Virus genome (UHGV): UHGV-0308106
Reading direction: 5' to 3' (one strand)
Length of the DNA: 55,105 nucleotides
Source of the DNA: a virus
The notes beneath the pieces were generated by a model, which searched no databases, was not told the DNA's origin, and worked only from the letters and a program-made list of their open reading frames with translations. The position numbers were made by a program, and so were the translations under genes. Shown piece by piece: positions 54,557 through 55,105 of the stretch (position 1 is its first letter; each line of letters opens with the position of its first letter).

Positions 54557-55105
54557 ATGATTTACGGTTATGCCCGAGTATCAACAAACCACCAGGACAC
54601 TGAATTGCAACTAACGGCGCTCAAGTCAGCGGGTTGTGAGAAAATTTTTGAAGAGCATGCCAGCGGGAGGAAATCGAATCGGCCGGTTCTAAAACGGCTG
54701 ATCGCCACTATGCAGCCGGGGGATGAACTGGTGGTCTGGAAGCTGGACAGGATAGGCCGCAACGTTCTGCATGCGCTGTTGATGTTCCAGCAGTTACAGG
54801 AAAAGGGTATCAACTTCCGCAGTATTACCGATGGCGTGGATCTCAAAACAGCCAGCGGCCGCTATAACTTTCGTAACATCCTTTCCGCAGCACAATATGA
54901 ATCTGATCTTAATAGCGAACGTACCTTAGCAGGGCTGGCCGTAGCCAGGGCAAAAGGGCGAGTTGGTGGTCGCAGGCCTAAGTTCACGGATGAGCAATGG
55001 TGGGAAATGGGGGAGCGGATGGCAACCGGTGAATCACGACAAAGCGTATCAAAAACATATGGAGTAGGGCTCTCAACTCTGTATAAAAAGTTTCCAGCTA
55101 GCTGA
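54557..55105 (+). CDS. Serine DNA invertase (Hin/Gin/Cin/Pin family)
   Basis: MIYGYARVSTNHQDTELQ...VWKLDRIGRN...GRRPKF. Confidence 0.95.
   Translation: MIYGYARVSTNHQDTELQLTALKSAGCEKIFEEHASGRKSNRPVLKRLIATMQPGDELVVWKLDRIGRNVLHALLMFQQLQEKGINFRSITDGVDLKTASGRYNFRNILSAAQYESDLNSERTLAGLAVARAKGRVGGRRPKFTDEQWWEMGERMATGESRQSVSKTYGVGLSTLYKKFPAS

Larger units (their letters stand above)
449..55105. mobile_element. Lambdoid/Rac-DLP12-like temperate prophage (helper); right end lies beyond the window
   Basis: Full colinear phage gene order from integrase to the tail-fibre invertase. The left attachment site should lie within 1-500. Confidence 0.9.

Overview
The window is almost entirely one mosaic lambdoid (Rac/DLP12-like) temperate prophage of an enterobacterium. 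It starts in about 450 bp of flanking DNA and runs off the right edge inside a DNA-invertase gene. The gene order is: P4-type integrase and Xis; a leftward early operon (RecT/RecE-like recombination, KilR-like, zinc-ribbon protein); an immunity region with mirrored PL/PR promoters, an HTH repressor, Cro-like and YdaT/CII-like genes; O/P-type replication genes with iterons inside O; a nin-like region (methylase remnant, LexA-boxed DinI-like gene, DUF1367, YbcO-like, RusA, YlcG-like); antiterminator Q; a lysis cassette (two holin-like proteins, GH19 endolysin, overlapping spanins); a head module (TerS, TerL, portal, MuF, DUF2213 scaffold, cement protein, DUF2184-type capsid); a contractile tail (sheath, tube, frameshifted chaperone, tape measure, baseplate); and a Gin/Cin-type invertible tail-fibre segment. 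The main finding is a self-contained element of about 12.7 kb (25628-38370) inserted inside the head operon, in the first codons of the cement-protein gene. It has its own P4-type integrase, AlpA, a TA-like pair, an Icd-like gene preceded by a possible c4/CI-like antisense-RNA region, an alpha-type primase-helicase and an iteron origin. It has no capsid, portal, TerL, sheath or tube genes. Instead it carries diverged copies of helper parts: a TerS paralog, two proteins ending in the helper scaffold's C-terminal motif, and a baseplate hub / periplasmic protein / central spike cassette. I read this as a previously undescribed type of phage satellite integrated in its own helper. Several AT-rich morons are also present, including a three-gene membrane/zinc-ribbon cassette downstream of the repressor. 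No tRNA, rRNA or CRISPR array was seen. All functional calls come from reading the translated ORFs and recalling family motifs; no database search was run.
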